Positions 18,266 through 28,117 of a stretch of 64,000 nucleotides of DNA are shown in pieces (the stretch's first letter is position 1; every line of letters begins with the position of its first letter). The stretch lies in contig JAJCYT010000027.1 in NCBI GenBank assembly GCA_029262795.1, positions 54,962-118,961 on the forward strand, in the 5' to 3' direction. Source of the DNA: Candidatus Fraserbacteria bacterium (GTDB lineage Bacteria > Bipolaricaulota > Bipolaricaulia > RBG-16-55-9 > JAJCYT01). The translations under genes were made by a program, and so were the position numbers. The notes under the pieces were generated by a model. That model had not been told where the DNA came from, did not search any database, and saw only the letters and a program-made list of their open reading frames with translations.

Positions 18266-19311
18266 GCTGTCGGCAGTGCCAATGCGGGGGACGCAGACAT
18301 ATCCAACGAGCTTTGTTCACCCATTTTTTCATATCGATAACGGGCACAGGCAGCAATCATGGCTGCATTGTCCATGCATAACTTTAAGTCAGGGTAGTAA
18401 ACTGTTTTAGATTCCTTTTTTGCGTATAGATCCAGCTGTTGACGCAATCCAGAGTTGGCGGCCACGCCACCCACCACGACCAATTGATCCACCTTCTTTT
18501 GATTCGCTGATGCAAATAGTTTGGTGATCAATACATCCACCACCGCTGCCTGAAATGAAGCGGCTAAATCTTCCAGATGGGCATCAGGGTGATCGTCCAG
18601 ATAGTAGCGAATGGCAGTTTTTAGCCCTGAAAAACTAAAATCCAGACCTTTTTTGAGCATGGGTCTGGGAAAGTCAATGGCTTGAGAATTTCCCTGTTGA
18701 GCCAGTTTGTCAATCTGTGGTCCAGCTGGATAACCTAACCCCATTAATTTTCCCGCTTTGTCAAACGCTTCACCGGCGGCGTCATCACGAGTGTTGCCTA
18801 AAATTTCGTAATCGCCCCAAGCTTTGACATGAATTAAATTGGTGTGTCCTCCCGAAGCCAGCAATGCCAAAAAGGGAGGTGGCACGTTAGGAAAAGTGAG
18901 ATGATGTGCAAATAAGTGACCTTCCAAGTGATTGACAGCAATAAAGGGAATACCTAATCCGAGTGACAACCCTTGCGCAGCACTGAGGCCGACCAGCAGT
19001 GGGCCAATTAAACCAGGACCGTTGGTCGCGCCGATGAGGTTGATTTGCTCAAGCGAAACACCAGCCTCATCCAAAGCTGATTGAATGACAGGAGAAATTT
19101 TGACCACATGGTTGCGTGATGCCACTTCAGGTACCACACCGCCATATTGTGCGTGCAAATCGACTTGCGAGTAGACCACATTGGACAGCAATTCATGATC
19201 GTTTTTTAGCACTGCTGCAGCCGTTTCGTCACAAGAGCTTTCGATGCCCAGCGTAAAAAAATCTGTCATAAGTTCTCCATTGTCTAAGTGTGCTAGAATA
19301 TACACATCCAA
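18262..19311 (-). CDS. tsaD: tRNA N6-adenosine threonylcarbamoyltransferase TsaD (Kae1/YgjD)
   Basis: LGIESSCDETAAAV N-terminal motif, HxxGH metal site, 349 aa. Confidence 0.92.
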   Translation of the reverse strand: MDVYILAHLDNGELMTDFFTLGIESSCDETAAAVLKNDHELLSNVVYSQVDLHAQYGGVVPEVASRNHVVKISPVIQSALDEAGVSLEQINLIGATNGPGLIGPLLVGLSAAQGLSLGLGIPFIAVNHLEGHLFAHHLTFPNVPPPFLALLASGGHTNLIHVKAWGDYEILGNTRDDAAGEAFDKAGKLMGLGYPAGPQIDKLAQQGNSQAIDFPRPMLKKGLDFSFSGLKTAIRYYLDDHPDAHLEDLAASFQAAVVDVLITKLFASANQKKVDQLVVVGGVAANSGLRQQLDLYAKKESKTVYYPDLKLCMDNAAMIAACARYRYEKMGEQSSLDMSASPALALPTA

Positions 19312-19313
19312 TC

Positions 19314-19982
19314 ATGAATACGCACGTAATGATAGCTCAAAAAACTCGTTGGCTGGTACAAGTGTTGGGCGTTGTTGTGATTTTTGCACTGTGCCTGAGC
19401 CTGCACCCTACGCCCTCCATTTTTGGAAAAGTGCTGATTGAAACCGCAACCAACCAATTGCAAAACGCACTGCAACAAATTGAACTAGGGGAAGATTCAA
19501 TTTCTCTGGTTCAAATGAAGCATCAAGCCCAACAGGTACTTGATCAGTTAGGTGGAAATTTGATTGCTGAAAACGCAGACATCCCTCTTAATGATGGCAG
19601 TGTGCGTCATTATCTGATTGATTTTTGGGAGCAGCAATCCATTGAACTTGTTCAGTTAGTTAATCGATACGGGCCTCATGGTGAAGTTTCGGTATCACAT
19701 CAACAACTGATGATGGTGGTCAACACCGTGCTAATCCGCCTGGGACAGGCAGAACATTTTGCTCAAATGACGTTGTTGACCAAGGACGCTGAAGCAGCCA
19801 AGCGATACTTGCAAAACCTTCAAACAACATTGCAAAGTGCTATCGGTGGTCAAAAAAACCTAAATGAGGCTGGCGCTGCTTTCGTTGAAGCAACGTTTAA
19901 CCGAATTGCCCATCTCAGTCAATCTCAATGGCCTTCTATGTTTCAGCCAGCCCAACGATCACATCAAGTGGCTTCTGAATAA
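19314..19982 (+). CDS. hypothetical membrane-anchored helical protein (start trimmed to second Met to avoid overlap with tsaD start)
   Basis: single TM WLVQVLGVVVIFALCL then Gln/Leu-rich helical region; no family assignable. Confidence 0.35.
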   Translation: MNTHVMIAQKTRWLVQVLGVVVIFALCLSLHPTPSIFGKVLIETATNQLQNALQQIELGEDSISLVQMKHQAQQVLDQLGGNLIAENADIPLNDGSVRHYLIDFWEQQSIELVQLVNRYGPHGEVSVSHQQLMMVVNTVLIRLGQAEHFAQMTLLTKDAEAAKRYLQNLQTTLQSAIGGQKNLNEAGAAFVEATFNRIAHLSQSQWPSMFQPAQRSHQVASE

Positions 19983-21589
19983 AGATAGCGCTTAATATCC
20001 AAGGTGCTTGTCTTTTCAAATGGCGTGTCCACAATGATCAAATCCTGCTCACTTTTAGGTCGCTTAAACTGTGCCAACTGTTGACTTTCCTGTTTGACAG
20101 AAGCCCAAATGTTTGCGCGGATTTCATCTTTTGGTGTGCCTTCTTTGATGATCTCATAATTGGGGTACACCAGTACTTTGATCACTTCCACGCCTTTTCG
20201 CTCACCGGAGGTGACCATCATTTCATCGATTTCAGGAATGTTGGCCAACTGGAATTCGATTTCTTCGGGATACACATTCTTGCCGCTTTCCAGCACAATC
20301 ACATTTTTCTTGCGGCCTTTGAGGAACAACCAGTTTTCATTGTCCAGGTAGCCCAAGTCGCCAGTGTGCAACCAGCCATCATCGTCGATGACTTCTTTGG
20401 TGCGCAAATCATTTTTGTAATAGCCCTGCATGATGTTCGGGCCACGCACCACCACTTCGCCGATATTTTCTTCGTCCTTGTCGGCGATCTTCAATTCTAG
20501 AGTCGGAATAGGTGTGCCGACCGATCCGTATTTGGCATTGAATGCAGTACAGGCAGTCAATACTGGAGATGTTTCCGTCATCCCATAGCCTTCGATGACG
20601 CCAATGCCCAAGCGGCGTAAGCCTTCCATCACCTTTGGATCAAGCGGCGCAGAGCCAGACACCATAAAGCGTAGCTTGCCGCCAAAGCGTTCGATCACTT
20701 TTTTGCCGACCATTTTTGGCAGTGTTTTGTACATCAAATTTTTAATTGGGTTGGCGGTCATCGTTTGCTCTAATTTGTCGAACATGCCATGAAACAGCTT
20801 GGGTACGCCGACCAAAATAGTGACACCATTTTCCGTCAGCAATGCAGGCAAGCGTTTGTAGTCGTCTGTATAAATAATACGACATCCTGTAAAGATGCCA
20901 GCAATGAGGACCAGAACGCCAAAAATATGATTCCATGGTGCAATTTCCAACAGCACATCTTGATTGGTAATGTCAATCACCTGCATGGCATTGTGGATAT
21001 TGGAGCTTAAATTTTCGTGGCTCAACATCACAGCTTTTGCATCGCCGGTCGTGCCGGAAGTACACATCAATAAAGCCAGGTCCGAGGGTTTTCGTTCGAC
21101 AGGCTGTGGCTCTGCGGTTTCGGAAAGCAGCTGGCCAAATGCCAAAACATCAGGGTTGTTAATGGCATCGAACGAAACAAACTTTTCCAACGTTTCGATG
21201 CGATCCATCAGTCCATCCATTGCTGAAAGTTTTTCAATCCAATCGCCACTGGCCATCACCCATTTAACATCGGCAGCAACAAAGAGCCGTTCGATTTCTC
21301 CAGGTGTGAGCGTGGGGTCCATTGGTACAGCAACGGCGCCTGTTCGCAAAATACCATAAAAGCCAATGGCCCATTCCAGGCGAGGTTTACCGATGAGGGC
21401 AATTTTATCACCAGGCTGAATGTCATTTTGCTGCAACGCGGCACACAGAGCTTTGCTCCAGGTGTTGAGTTCGTGGTAGCCGGCTTCTTCATAGCCGGAC
21501 TGGCCCATACGTGGCACCTTGAGGGCAATGTTTTTTCCATGGTTGGAAATGTTCCCGATCAGATCAACAACAGTTGGATATACAGCCAA
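19964..21589 (-). CDS. AMP-dependent synthetase/long-chain-fatty-acid--CoA ligase
   Basis: AMP-binding signature LLMCTSGTTGDAKAV, 541 aa adenylate-forming enzyme architecture. Confidence 0.85.
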   Translation of the reverse strand: MAVYPTVVDLIGNISNHGKNIALKVPRMGQSGYEEAGYHELNTWSKALCAALQQNDIQPGDKIALIGKPRLEWAIGFYGILRTGAVAVPMDPTLTPGEIERLFVAADVKWVMASGDWIEKLSAMDGLMDRIETLEKFVSFDAINNPDVLAFGQLLSETAEPQPVERKPSDLALLMCTSGTTGDAKAVMLSHENLSSNIHNAMQVIDITNQDVLLEIAPWNHIFGVLVLIAGIFTGCRIIYTDDYKRLPALLTENGVTILVGVPKLFHGMFDKLEQTMTANPIKNLMYKTLPKMVGKKVIERFGGKLRFMVSGSAPLDPKVMEGLRRLGIGVIEGYGMTETSPVLTACTAFNAKYGSVGTPIPTLELKIADKDEENIGEVVVRGPNIMQGYYKNDLRTKEVIDDDGWLHTGDLGYLDNENWLFLKGRKKNVIVLESGKNVYPEEIEFQLANIPEIDEMMVTSGERKGVEVIKVLVYPNYEIIKEGTPKDEIRANIWASVKQESQQLAQFKRPKSEQDLIIVDTPFEKTSTLDIKRYLYSEAT

Positions 21590-21592
21590 AAG

Positions 21593-22564
21593 TTATGCCT
21601 CCCCTTCGTCTTCTCTCCAGATAGGATCTTCCAGATATCGCATGGCTTCGAGCGCAGCGATACAGCCATCGCCCGCAGCGATTACTGCTTGGGCATATTG
21701 TGCCGAAAATTGACGCACATCGCCAACAGCATACACACCTGGTTCTTTGGTGCGTGTTCGGGCGTCTGTGAGAATGTAGCCATGATCGTCTAAAGCCAGC
21801 TTGCCTTCGAGAAAACTTGTTGATGGTTTGTGCCCAATGGCGACAAATACCGCAGCAAGGTCGTCCATCGTTTGTTGACCACCGCCGTTTAAATCGTTGA
21901 GCACCGCACCTTCTACTTTTTGTTCGCCGAAGACTTCATCTACAGTCACATTCCAAACGAATTTAATTTTTTCATTTTCAATCGCGCGTTTTCTGAGTGT
22001 TTGATCTTTGGCACGAAGTGCGTGAGGATCACCTTCTGGGTGACGAACCGCGATACGAACTTCGCTGGCAAATTTGGTTAGAAAAAGCGCTTCTGTTAAT
22101 GCACTGTCACCGGCACCGACCATCAGCATGTTTTTGTCTTTAAAGAAAAAGCCATCACAGGTGGCACAATAAGACACGCCGCGACCAGCCAATCGTTCCG
22201 CACCTTTGGCAGGCAGTGGTACAGGGTTGGCTCCGGTGGAAATGATGATGGATTTGGTTTGGTATTCGGTGGTATCGGTAACCACAATGTGACCATTTTT
22301 GCCATTGAATTTGAGATCGACCACTTCTTCATTGGCATTGATTTTTAGGTCAAACCGCTCTGCCTGCTGACGCATTTGATCCATTAACTCTGGTCCTTGA
22401 ATCGCATCGACAAAGCCAGGATAGTTTTCTACTTCCGTGGTGTCATTGAGTTGTCCACCTGGAAGTTTTTTGTCGAACATCAGCACATCCAGATTGCCGC
22501 GCGAGGCATAGATGCCTGCGGTGAGTCCTGCTGGACCGCCGCCAATAATAATTAAATCGTGCAT
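21593..22564 (-). CDS. trxB: thioredoxin-disulfide reductase
   Basis: IIGGGPAG FAD motif, redox-active CATCDGFF, second GAGDSA NADPH motif; start set at MHDLIII. Confidence 0.9.
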   Translation of the reverse strand: MHDLIIIGGGPAGLTAGIYASRGNLDVLMFDKKLPGGQLNDTTEVENYPGFVDAIQGPELMDQMRQQAERFDLKINANEEVVDLKFNGKNGHIVVTDTTEYQTKSIIISTGANPVPLPAKGAERLAGRGVSYCATCDGFFFKDKNMLMVGAGDSALTEALFLTKFASEVRIAVRHPEGDPHALRAKDQTLRKRAIENEKIKFVWNVTVDEVFGEQKVEGAVLNDLNGGGQQTMDDLAAVFVAIGHKPSTSFLEGKLALDDHGYILTDARTRTKEPGVYAVGDVRQFSAQYAQAVIAAGDGCIAALEAMRYLEDPIWREDEGEA

Positions 22565-22680
22565 AAAGTGGCTCCAATCAGCTGTAAAAATAATGGGGAT
22601 GCCAGTGGCGCACACATCGGGTGCAAAAGGGGCGCATTACATCTCTTAGAACATCACTATATTTGGTTCAGCAACAGGGT

Positions 22681-23133
22681 TCAAATTTTGTCTATAGGAA
22701 GTTGTCCAGGTGGGTGGAACAAAATCTTTCTGGACCGTCCCTCAATGTCGAACACAATCCAGCGACTGTTTTTTGGCAATGCTTGTGGTACTTTGTCTCC
22801 CCATTCCACCGCGACGATGCCACCTGCATTCAGGTATTCATCAAAGCCAATCTCTTCAAGTTCTGATGCGTCATGAAGCCGATAAGCGTCTACATGAAAC
22901 AAAGGCACTTGACCTTCATATTCTTGAACGATCAGATAGGTGGGAGAGTTAACCGGTGATTTAACGCCAAGTCCTGTTGCAAGTCCTTGGATGAAGGTGG
23001 TTTTTCCTGCGCCTAAATCACCCACCAGCACCAGGCAATCGCCTGGTGCCAGTTGGTGAGCATATTGTTTACCTAATTCGATGGTGGCTTCTGCCGAATC
23101 AGTGACCACGATTTGATTAAACGTATCCTTCAT
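22681..23133 (-). CDS. tsaE: tRNA threonylcarbamoyladenosine biosynthesis ATPase TsaE (YjeE)
   Basis: Walker A GDLGAGKTTF, ~150 aa, typical TsaE. Confidence 0.85.
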   Translation of the reverse strand: MKDTFNQIVVTDSAEATIELGKQYAHQLAPGDCLVLVGDLGAGKTTFIQGLATGLGVKSPVNSPTYLIVQEYEGQVPLFHVDAYRLHDASELEEIGFDEYLNAGGIVAVEWGDKVPQALPKNSRWIVFDIEGRSRKILFHPPGQLPIDKI

Positions 23134-23144
23134 TGAAATTTTCT

Positions 23145-25988
23145 CTAAAGGAACGGAATGCCCAAGCGCAGATACGGTTCGAAAATGGTGAAATCTGCCG
23201 GGCCATTGCTGCCAAGCAACGAAATGGCTACACCGGCAGTCACATTGAAAGACAACAAGCCGCCAAACATCTGACCACTGGCAGTGGCTTCAAACCCACC
23301 TTCAGCCAGTGTCATGTCGATATCGAACTGGTCAAAATCATCCCAGGTCTGTGCCGCTGCTACATACACATTTCCTCGGATCTCGCGGACCAAAGCCAAA
23401 CCGGCCACCGAATAAGCCATGTCGCGCTGCATGGGGAAGCTGACGCTTAAACGGGCCGAGCCTTTGTATCGCCCTGGAAAAGTGAGTTTTCGTTTCGCGC
23501 CTTCATCTGTGAAATCATAAAAACTGTTGAGTTCAGCAAGGTTAAAATAAAGGAACTCAGGCAATTCACCCATGCTGTAGCCAAAATCCGCCTGCAGATC
23601 TAACGTCACATTTGGGAATAGCAACGATTGAGTCACCGCTGCTGCATTGAGTCTTGTGAATGAAAATGGATCGACAAGAGCATTTGCCTGAAACACATGG
23701 CGTGCATTGAGCAACTGACTAAACGTATAGGTGATACCGCCATAGTTGACGGGGGTCTCGTCAAAATTTAAGCGCCTGGAAATCGACAGACGCAAGCGAT
23801 GACTAGGTTCCCAATATTGGCCCTGAAGGCCCAGGTCCGGGTGTTCGTATAATGTTGCGTTCCAGCCAAATTCGGCCAGCACATCGTCGCCAAACACCAG
23901 TGCGCCATCAATGGTATTGCCTCGACCTTGATTCATCACAAAGGCAATCAAGCCGTCGGCCAGCAGCCAGCGGTAATCGAGCACGTAGCCGCCTTCAAGG
24001 ATTTGTGAGATGGGGTCAAAGCGGATCAAATACGAATCCAGGGGCACATCCACTCCGCCATCGGGAATGATGCGCAAGCGGGTGGGAAAATAATTGTCGA
24101 TACGTGCCACATCCGGCGTCCAGCTTTCGGGGTCTACCTGTACTTCCAACAACGGTGCAGGGAGAATAAAAGTCAGTGTTTCCGTTTCGGATTCAGGTGT
24201 CCAGGTTTGGCGCGTGAGCGTGCCATCTTCACTGAGCAGCACCACTTCCACAGGCAGTCGGCCTTCGCCTTCATGCTTCAAGCTGACGGTGGTGGTATAA
24301 GTGCCATCATCATTTGGATCGGTTTTGACACGTTCAATGCCATAGTCGATAGAGGCATCACCATACACCCAATCCTCAAAGAAGGCGTCCATATCTAGGC
24401 CGGAAATATTTTCAGCTTGCGTTTTTAGTAAGTCGGTATCCAGAATATTGTGGTTGAATTTTTCATAAGTTTCCAGCAACAATTGATCCATGCTCTCGCT
24501 GCTGATCACGCCTTCCAAAGCACGAAGGACCAAATAGCCTTTGTTATAAATGCGTGTTTGATTGTTGTTGGCAAATTCAACCGCCTGCTGTGGTTTAACC
24601 AATGCTTCATCAAATCGATCCCGATGAACGACCAAATAAGGCAACTCACTAAAATGTTGTCGCAGATTGAGATAACCAAATTGCGAATCAATCAGGTTTT
24701 CTAAAAAACCCTTTCTTTTAACCTGAATCACATTTGGGCGATTGTTACCGTATTTTTCCTCAAAATAGCTGATCGAAAGATATTCAGCAAAAGCTTCGGA
24801 TAAGAAATTTTCGGCGTTCAAGTCGGTGCTGACGCCAATACCCCACCACATATGGGCGATTTCGTGCGCCAGTAAATATTCTAAAAAACGATCGGCCATG
24901 CCGGCCACGGTGAGGTCTTTCTCAGCAAACCCACTGTTGCCCAAAATGATGAACCCATCGGCCGCCATGCCAAAATAACCACTGGCCCAGGAGGTGACGA
25001 TAGACAGTTGCTTATACCCATAGGCACCACGATTTTCGTTGTAACTGTCTAAAATTTCCACAGCATAAGTGGCAATCTGGCGGGCAGCCGCTTCTTCACT
25101 GGGCAAATAATAAACATGAACAGGAATGTCCTGGTTGGGCAGCGTGTAGCGTTTGAAGTCCGGCGAAATGCTTAGCGGAATCGAACGAACGGGTACATCA
25201 CTTTTCAGCAGCAGCGTTTTCGTGCCAGCGAGTTCATCGACCGAAGTTTCCTCCTGCGTGTCCAGACCAGTGACTACTGTGTAATGATCCGGCACAGTGA
25301 AACTCATTTCATACAGTGCGGCAGGATAGCGCCAGCGCACATAATCTTGACCCTCGCTATGATATTTTCCATCCACCAAATCAGTGGCAGTGACGGCCAC
25401 CGGGTTCCAGGCAAAACGCCAGGTATAAATGTTTTGATGAAAGCTCTGGTCGGTGTTGAGACTGCTGGGAAACCTGGTTTCAAATTCCACCACAACGGTT
25501 ATTGCTTGACCTGGCGCCAAAGTGTTGGGCAAATCTACCTTGAGTAAATTCTGCTCAAGTGAATAACTTTGAAAGGTTTCTGGCCCCGCTTCATAAGACC
25601 AAGAAAGCGCATTGCCAGCTTCATCGATGACGTCATATACATCCAGCCAAGAAGCATCAAACCCCTTGTCGTAACTGGAGTCAACAATCACCGGACTCAA
25701 ATTTGGATTTGGCTCACGATTTAAATTCGGTGCCAAAATAAAATACAAAGCATCCAGATCAGTGTCTCCGTTGTTGACATACACCACCTCTTGGGTGGCT
25801 TTGATGGATTGAGAATAAATGTCTAACTCGGCCTCAAGGGTGTATTGGGTCTGTTCCCCCTCTTGCGCCAACACAGTTGGCACATAAAGCACGGTCAGAA
25901 TAAATACAAAAAGCCCAAAAAATCGCACAGATGTTCCTCCTTCTCTGTTGTCCTTTACCAATGTAACGAAAAATGCCAAGTCACTCAA
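23145..25988 (-). CDS. secreted M1-family (gluzincin) zinc metallopeptidase fused to ~300-aa C-terminal outer-membrane-barrel-like domain
   Basis: signal peptide; HEIAHMWWG…(18 aa)…EAFAEY = HEXXH-X18-E of aminopeptidase N family; C-terminal third has alternating hydrophobic/aromatic beta-strand pattern ending …YLRLGIPFL. Confidence 0.65.
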   Translation of the reverse strand: MSDLAFFVTLVKDNREGGTSVRFFGLFVFILTVLYVPTVLAQEGEQTQYTLEAELDIYSQSIKATQEVVYVNNGDTDLDALYFILAPNLNREPNPNLSPVIVDSSYDKGFDASWLDVYDVIDEAGNALSWSYEAGPETFQSYSLEQNLLKVDLPNTLAPGQAITVVVEFETRFPSSLNTDQSFHQNIYTWRFAWNPVAVTATDLVDGKYHSEGQDYVRWRYPAALYEMSFTVPDHYTVVTGLDTQEETSVDELAGTKTLLLKSDVPVRSIPLSISPDFKRYTLPNQDIPVHVYYLPSEEAAARQIATYAVEILDSYNENRGAYGYKQLSIVTSWASGYFGMAADGFIILGNSGFAEKDLTVAGMADRFLEYLLAHEIAHMWWGIGVSTDLNAENFLSEAFAEYLSISYFEEKYGNNRPNVIQVKRKGFLENLIDSQFGYLNLRQHFSELPYLVVHRDRFDEALVKPQQAVEFANNNQTRIYNKGYLVLRALEGVISSESMDQLLLETYEKFNHNILDTDLLKTQAENISGLDMDAFFEDWVYGDASIDYGIERVKTDPNDDGTYTTTVSLKHEGEGRLPVEVVLLSEDGTLTRQTWTPESETETLTFILPAPLLEVQVDPESWTPDVARIDNYFPTRLRIIPDGGVDVPLDSYLIRFDPISQILEGGYVLDYRWLLADGLIAFVMNQGRGNTIDGALVFGDDVLAEFGWNATLYEHPDLGLQGQYWEPSHRLRLSISRRLNFDETPVNYGGITYTFSQLLNARHVFQANALVDPFSFTRLNAAAVTQSLLFPNVTLDLQADFGYSMGELPEFLYFNLAELNSFYDFTDEGAKRKLTFPGRYKGSARLSVSFPMQRDMAYSVAGLALVREIRGNVYVAAAQTWDDFDQFDIDMTLAEGGFEATASGQMFGGLLSFNVTAGVAISLLGSNGPADFTIFEPYLRLGIPFL

Positions 25989-26021
25989 AGCGCTCTTAAG
26001 CTGTTTCCATAAAACCTTTGT

Positions 26022-26250
26022 CTTCTAACCCCCAACCCCTTTACATAAGGGGGCACGATTGGGCTGCGGGGATGGATTCTTTGATATTCGATAGTTTATT
26101 CTTTTCGGTTTCTTTTATAGGAGTATTAAGGCCTTTTTGGTTTTCAGTTAGAATATGCAGAAAAGTTGAGAACAGACATTTTCAGGCATATCGTAGCCCC
26201 CTTTTGATTTTAGAAGGGATCCCTTTCTAGATAAAGGGGGGGGAAAGCTT
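26022..26250. mobile_element. MITE-like repeat, copy B (left TIR intact, right end degenerate)
   Basis: left end AACCCCCAACCCCTTTACATAAGGGGGCACGATTGGG and internal GCGGGGATGGATTCTTTGAT are homologous to copy A at 57689; right end GTAGCCCCCTTTT…AAGGGGGGGG partially matches. Confidence 0.5.
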
Positions 26251-26261
26251 TCCCCCATTAG

Positions 26262-27545
26262 TTACGCCTCGACGTCTGTCTCTACTTTCTGTTTAGGAAT
26301 GATTTTTAATCGAACCGTTTGGATTTCTCTATCGCTGGCGGATTCGACCTTGAGGTGTGCGCCATCGACAGTCAGCGATTCGCCGGTTGCGGGGATTTCT
26401 TCGAGTCGGTTGAGGATCAGGCCACTGATGGTGGTGCCTTCCTCGGTGGGCAAGGTGAGATTGAGTTCATCATTGATGTGGTCAATTTCAGTGACACCTT
26501 CTAGCAGATAGGTGCCATCGGGCAAATGTTGAATTTCTTCTTCGGGTGTGTCGTATTCATCGTGGATTTCGCCTACAATTTCTTCCAAAATGTCTTCAAT
26601 TGTGACGATACCGGACATGCCGCCATACTCATCCATGACGATGGCCATTTGTTGTTTGGAACTTTGAAAATCACGCAACAAATCATTAATAGGTCTGGAT
26701 TCAGGGATAAACGTTGCCGTGCGAACCAAATCTTTTAAGTCGATTGAATTGTCACCACAGTGAAGCAAGTCCTTCACATGCAAAATGCCGATAATGTTGT
26801 CCGGTTCTTCCTCATAAACGGGATACCGAGAATGTTCTTCTTCTTTAACAATGGCTCGAACCTCACCCAGCGTGGCGGTGACTTCGATGGTTTCCACCTC
26901 GGTACGGGAGACCATCACTTGTTTGGCAACAAGATCATCAAATGCAAAAATGCGGCGGATCATGTCCACTTCTTCTTCTTCAATCAGGCCGCGTTCTTCA
27001 CCCATTTCAAGCAGCATGGTGATTTGATCTTCGCTGACTTCAGGTTGTTCCTGATCACGCAAGTGTTTGGGCATAATGCCCACGATGAGGTTGGTGATAG
27101 CTTTAAATAAAAAGATCAACGGTGTTAATAATCGTCTGAGAGCGACCATCGGGCGGATGAGCACCAGAGTCAATGTTTCTGGATTGTTTTTGCCGATAGT
27201 TTTGGGAGTGATTTCACCAAAAATGAGCACATAAATAGTCATGAAAAATGTGGCGATCAAGCCTGCGGTGGTTTCGCTCATTCCTGCGAGCAGATCGATG
27301 GTCATGATGGTGGCAATAGAACTGGCCAAAATATTGGAAAAGTTGTTGGCAATGGCAATGGTGGTCAGCAGGCTGTTGGGATCGTCCATTAAAACCTGCA
27401 ACGCCTTGGAATGACGGGGGCGCTCTCGGATCAAGACACCAATCCGAATCTTTTCCATAGAGGTCAGGGCAATTTCCGCTGATGAAAGAAAGGCAGAAAA
27501 GCCAACGAGTACGAGAAGTAAAATAGTTCCTATTAGAGGATCCAT
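26262..27545 (-). CDS. DUF21/CNNM-CBS-CorC_HlyC family protein (hemolysin-like Mg/Co efflux-type)
   Basis: 4 N-terminal TM helices, tandem CBS region, C-terminal CorC/HlyC domain, 427 aa. Confidence 0.85.
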   Translation of the reverse strand: MDPLIGTILLLVLVGFSAFLSSAEIALTSMEKIRIGVLIRERPRHSKALQVLMDDPNSLLTTIAIANNFSNILASSIATIMTIDLLAGMSETTAGLIATFFMTIYVLIFGEITPKTIGKNNPETLTLVLIRPMVALRRLLTPLIFLFKAITNLIVGIMPKHLRDQEQPEVSEDQITMLLEMGEERGLIEEEEVDMIRRIFAFDDLVAKQVMVSRTEVETIEVTATLGEVRAIVKEEEHSRYPVYEEEPDNIIGILHVKDLLHCGDNSIDLKDLVRTATFIPESRPINDLLRDFQSSKQQMAIVMDEYGGMSGIVTIEDILEEIVGEIHDEYDTPEEEIQHLPDGTYLLEGVTEIDHINDELNLTLPTEEGTTISGLILNRLEEIPATGESLTVDGAHLKVESASDREIQTVRLKIIPKQKVETDVEA

Positions 27546-27649
27546 ATATGGAACACCAATTCCGATTATAGATCAGTTTGTGTCGGCTTGCAAATGACAT
27601 GGGTTAGCAGGTATCTTTACCCATTATCCTAATAGCAAGGTGACTGGCA

Positions 27650-28117
27650 GTGAATATTGAAGAGATCAAAGCGCTGATTCAGTTGTTTGAAGCATCTTCG
27701 CTGAGTGAATTAAGTGTCAAACGTGATGGCACCCAGGTGGTGCTCAAGCGCGATCAGTATAGTGGGCAAGCCGTAATGACGGCGACACCGGCACCGATAT
27801 CGGCTCCAACACAAACGCCAGTTCAAGAAACGGTTGTGGTGGGCACACCTGCACCAGCAACTCCGACTCTCCCTTCTGGGCATGTGGTGACTTCGCCGTT
27901 GGTGGGTACGTTTTATCGTCGCCCATCACCAGAGGAACCTGCCTATGTTGATGTGGGCAGTGAGGTAAAGGTTGGGCAAACGCTGTGCATCGTTGAGGCG
28001 ATGAAAGTGATGAACGAAATCAAGTCCGATGTATCCGGCACCGTACGCGAGGTGTTGTCAGATGATGGCAACATTGTTGAATACGGCCAGTCTCTAATCA
28101 CCATTGATCCTTCCTGA
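27650..28117 (+). CDS. accB: acetyl-CoA carboxylase biotin carboxyl carrier protein (GTG start)
   Basis: Pro/Ala-rich linker then biotinyl-lysine motif EAMKVMNEI. Confidence 0.9.
   Translation: MNIEEIKALIQLFEASSLSELSVKRDGTQVVLKRDQYSGQAVMTATPAPISAPTQTPVQETVVVGTPAPATPTLPSGHVVTSPLVGTFYRRPSPEEPAYVDVGSEVKVGQTLCIVEAMKVMNEIKSDVSGTVREVLSDDGNIVEYGQSLITIDPS

Noticed and set aside
19290-19313. Divergent overlap of the 230-aa ORF with the tsaD start codon
   Set aside because: Overlapping divergent start regions are implausible. An in-frame Met at 19314 removes the overlap, so the start was trimmed.
22621-22952. Plus-strand 80-105-aa ORFs overlapping tsaE and the trxB start
   Set aside because: They are antisense to well-supported genes and have no domain features, so they are spurious.
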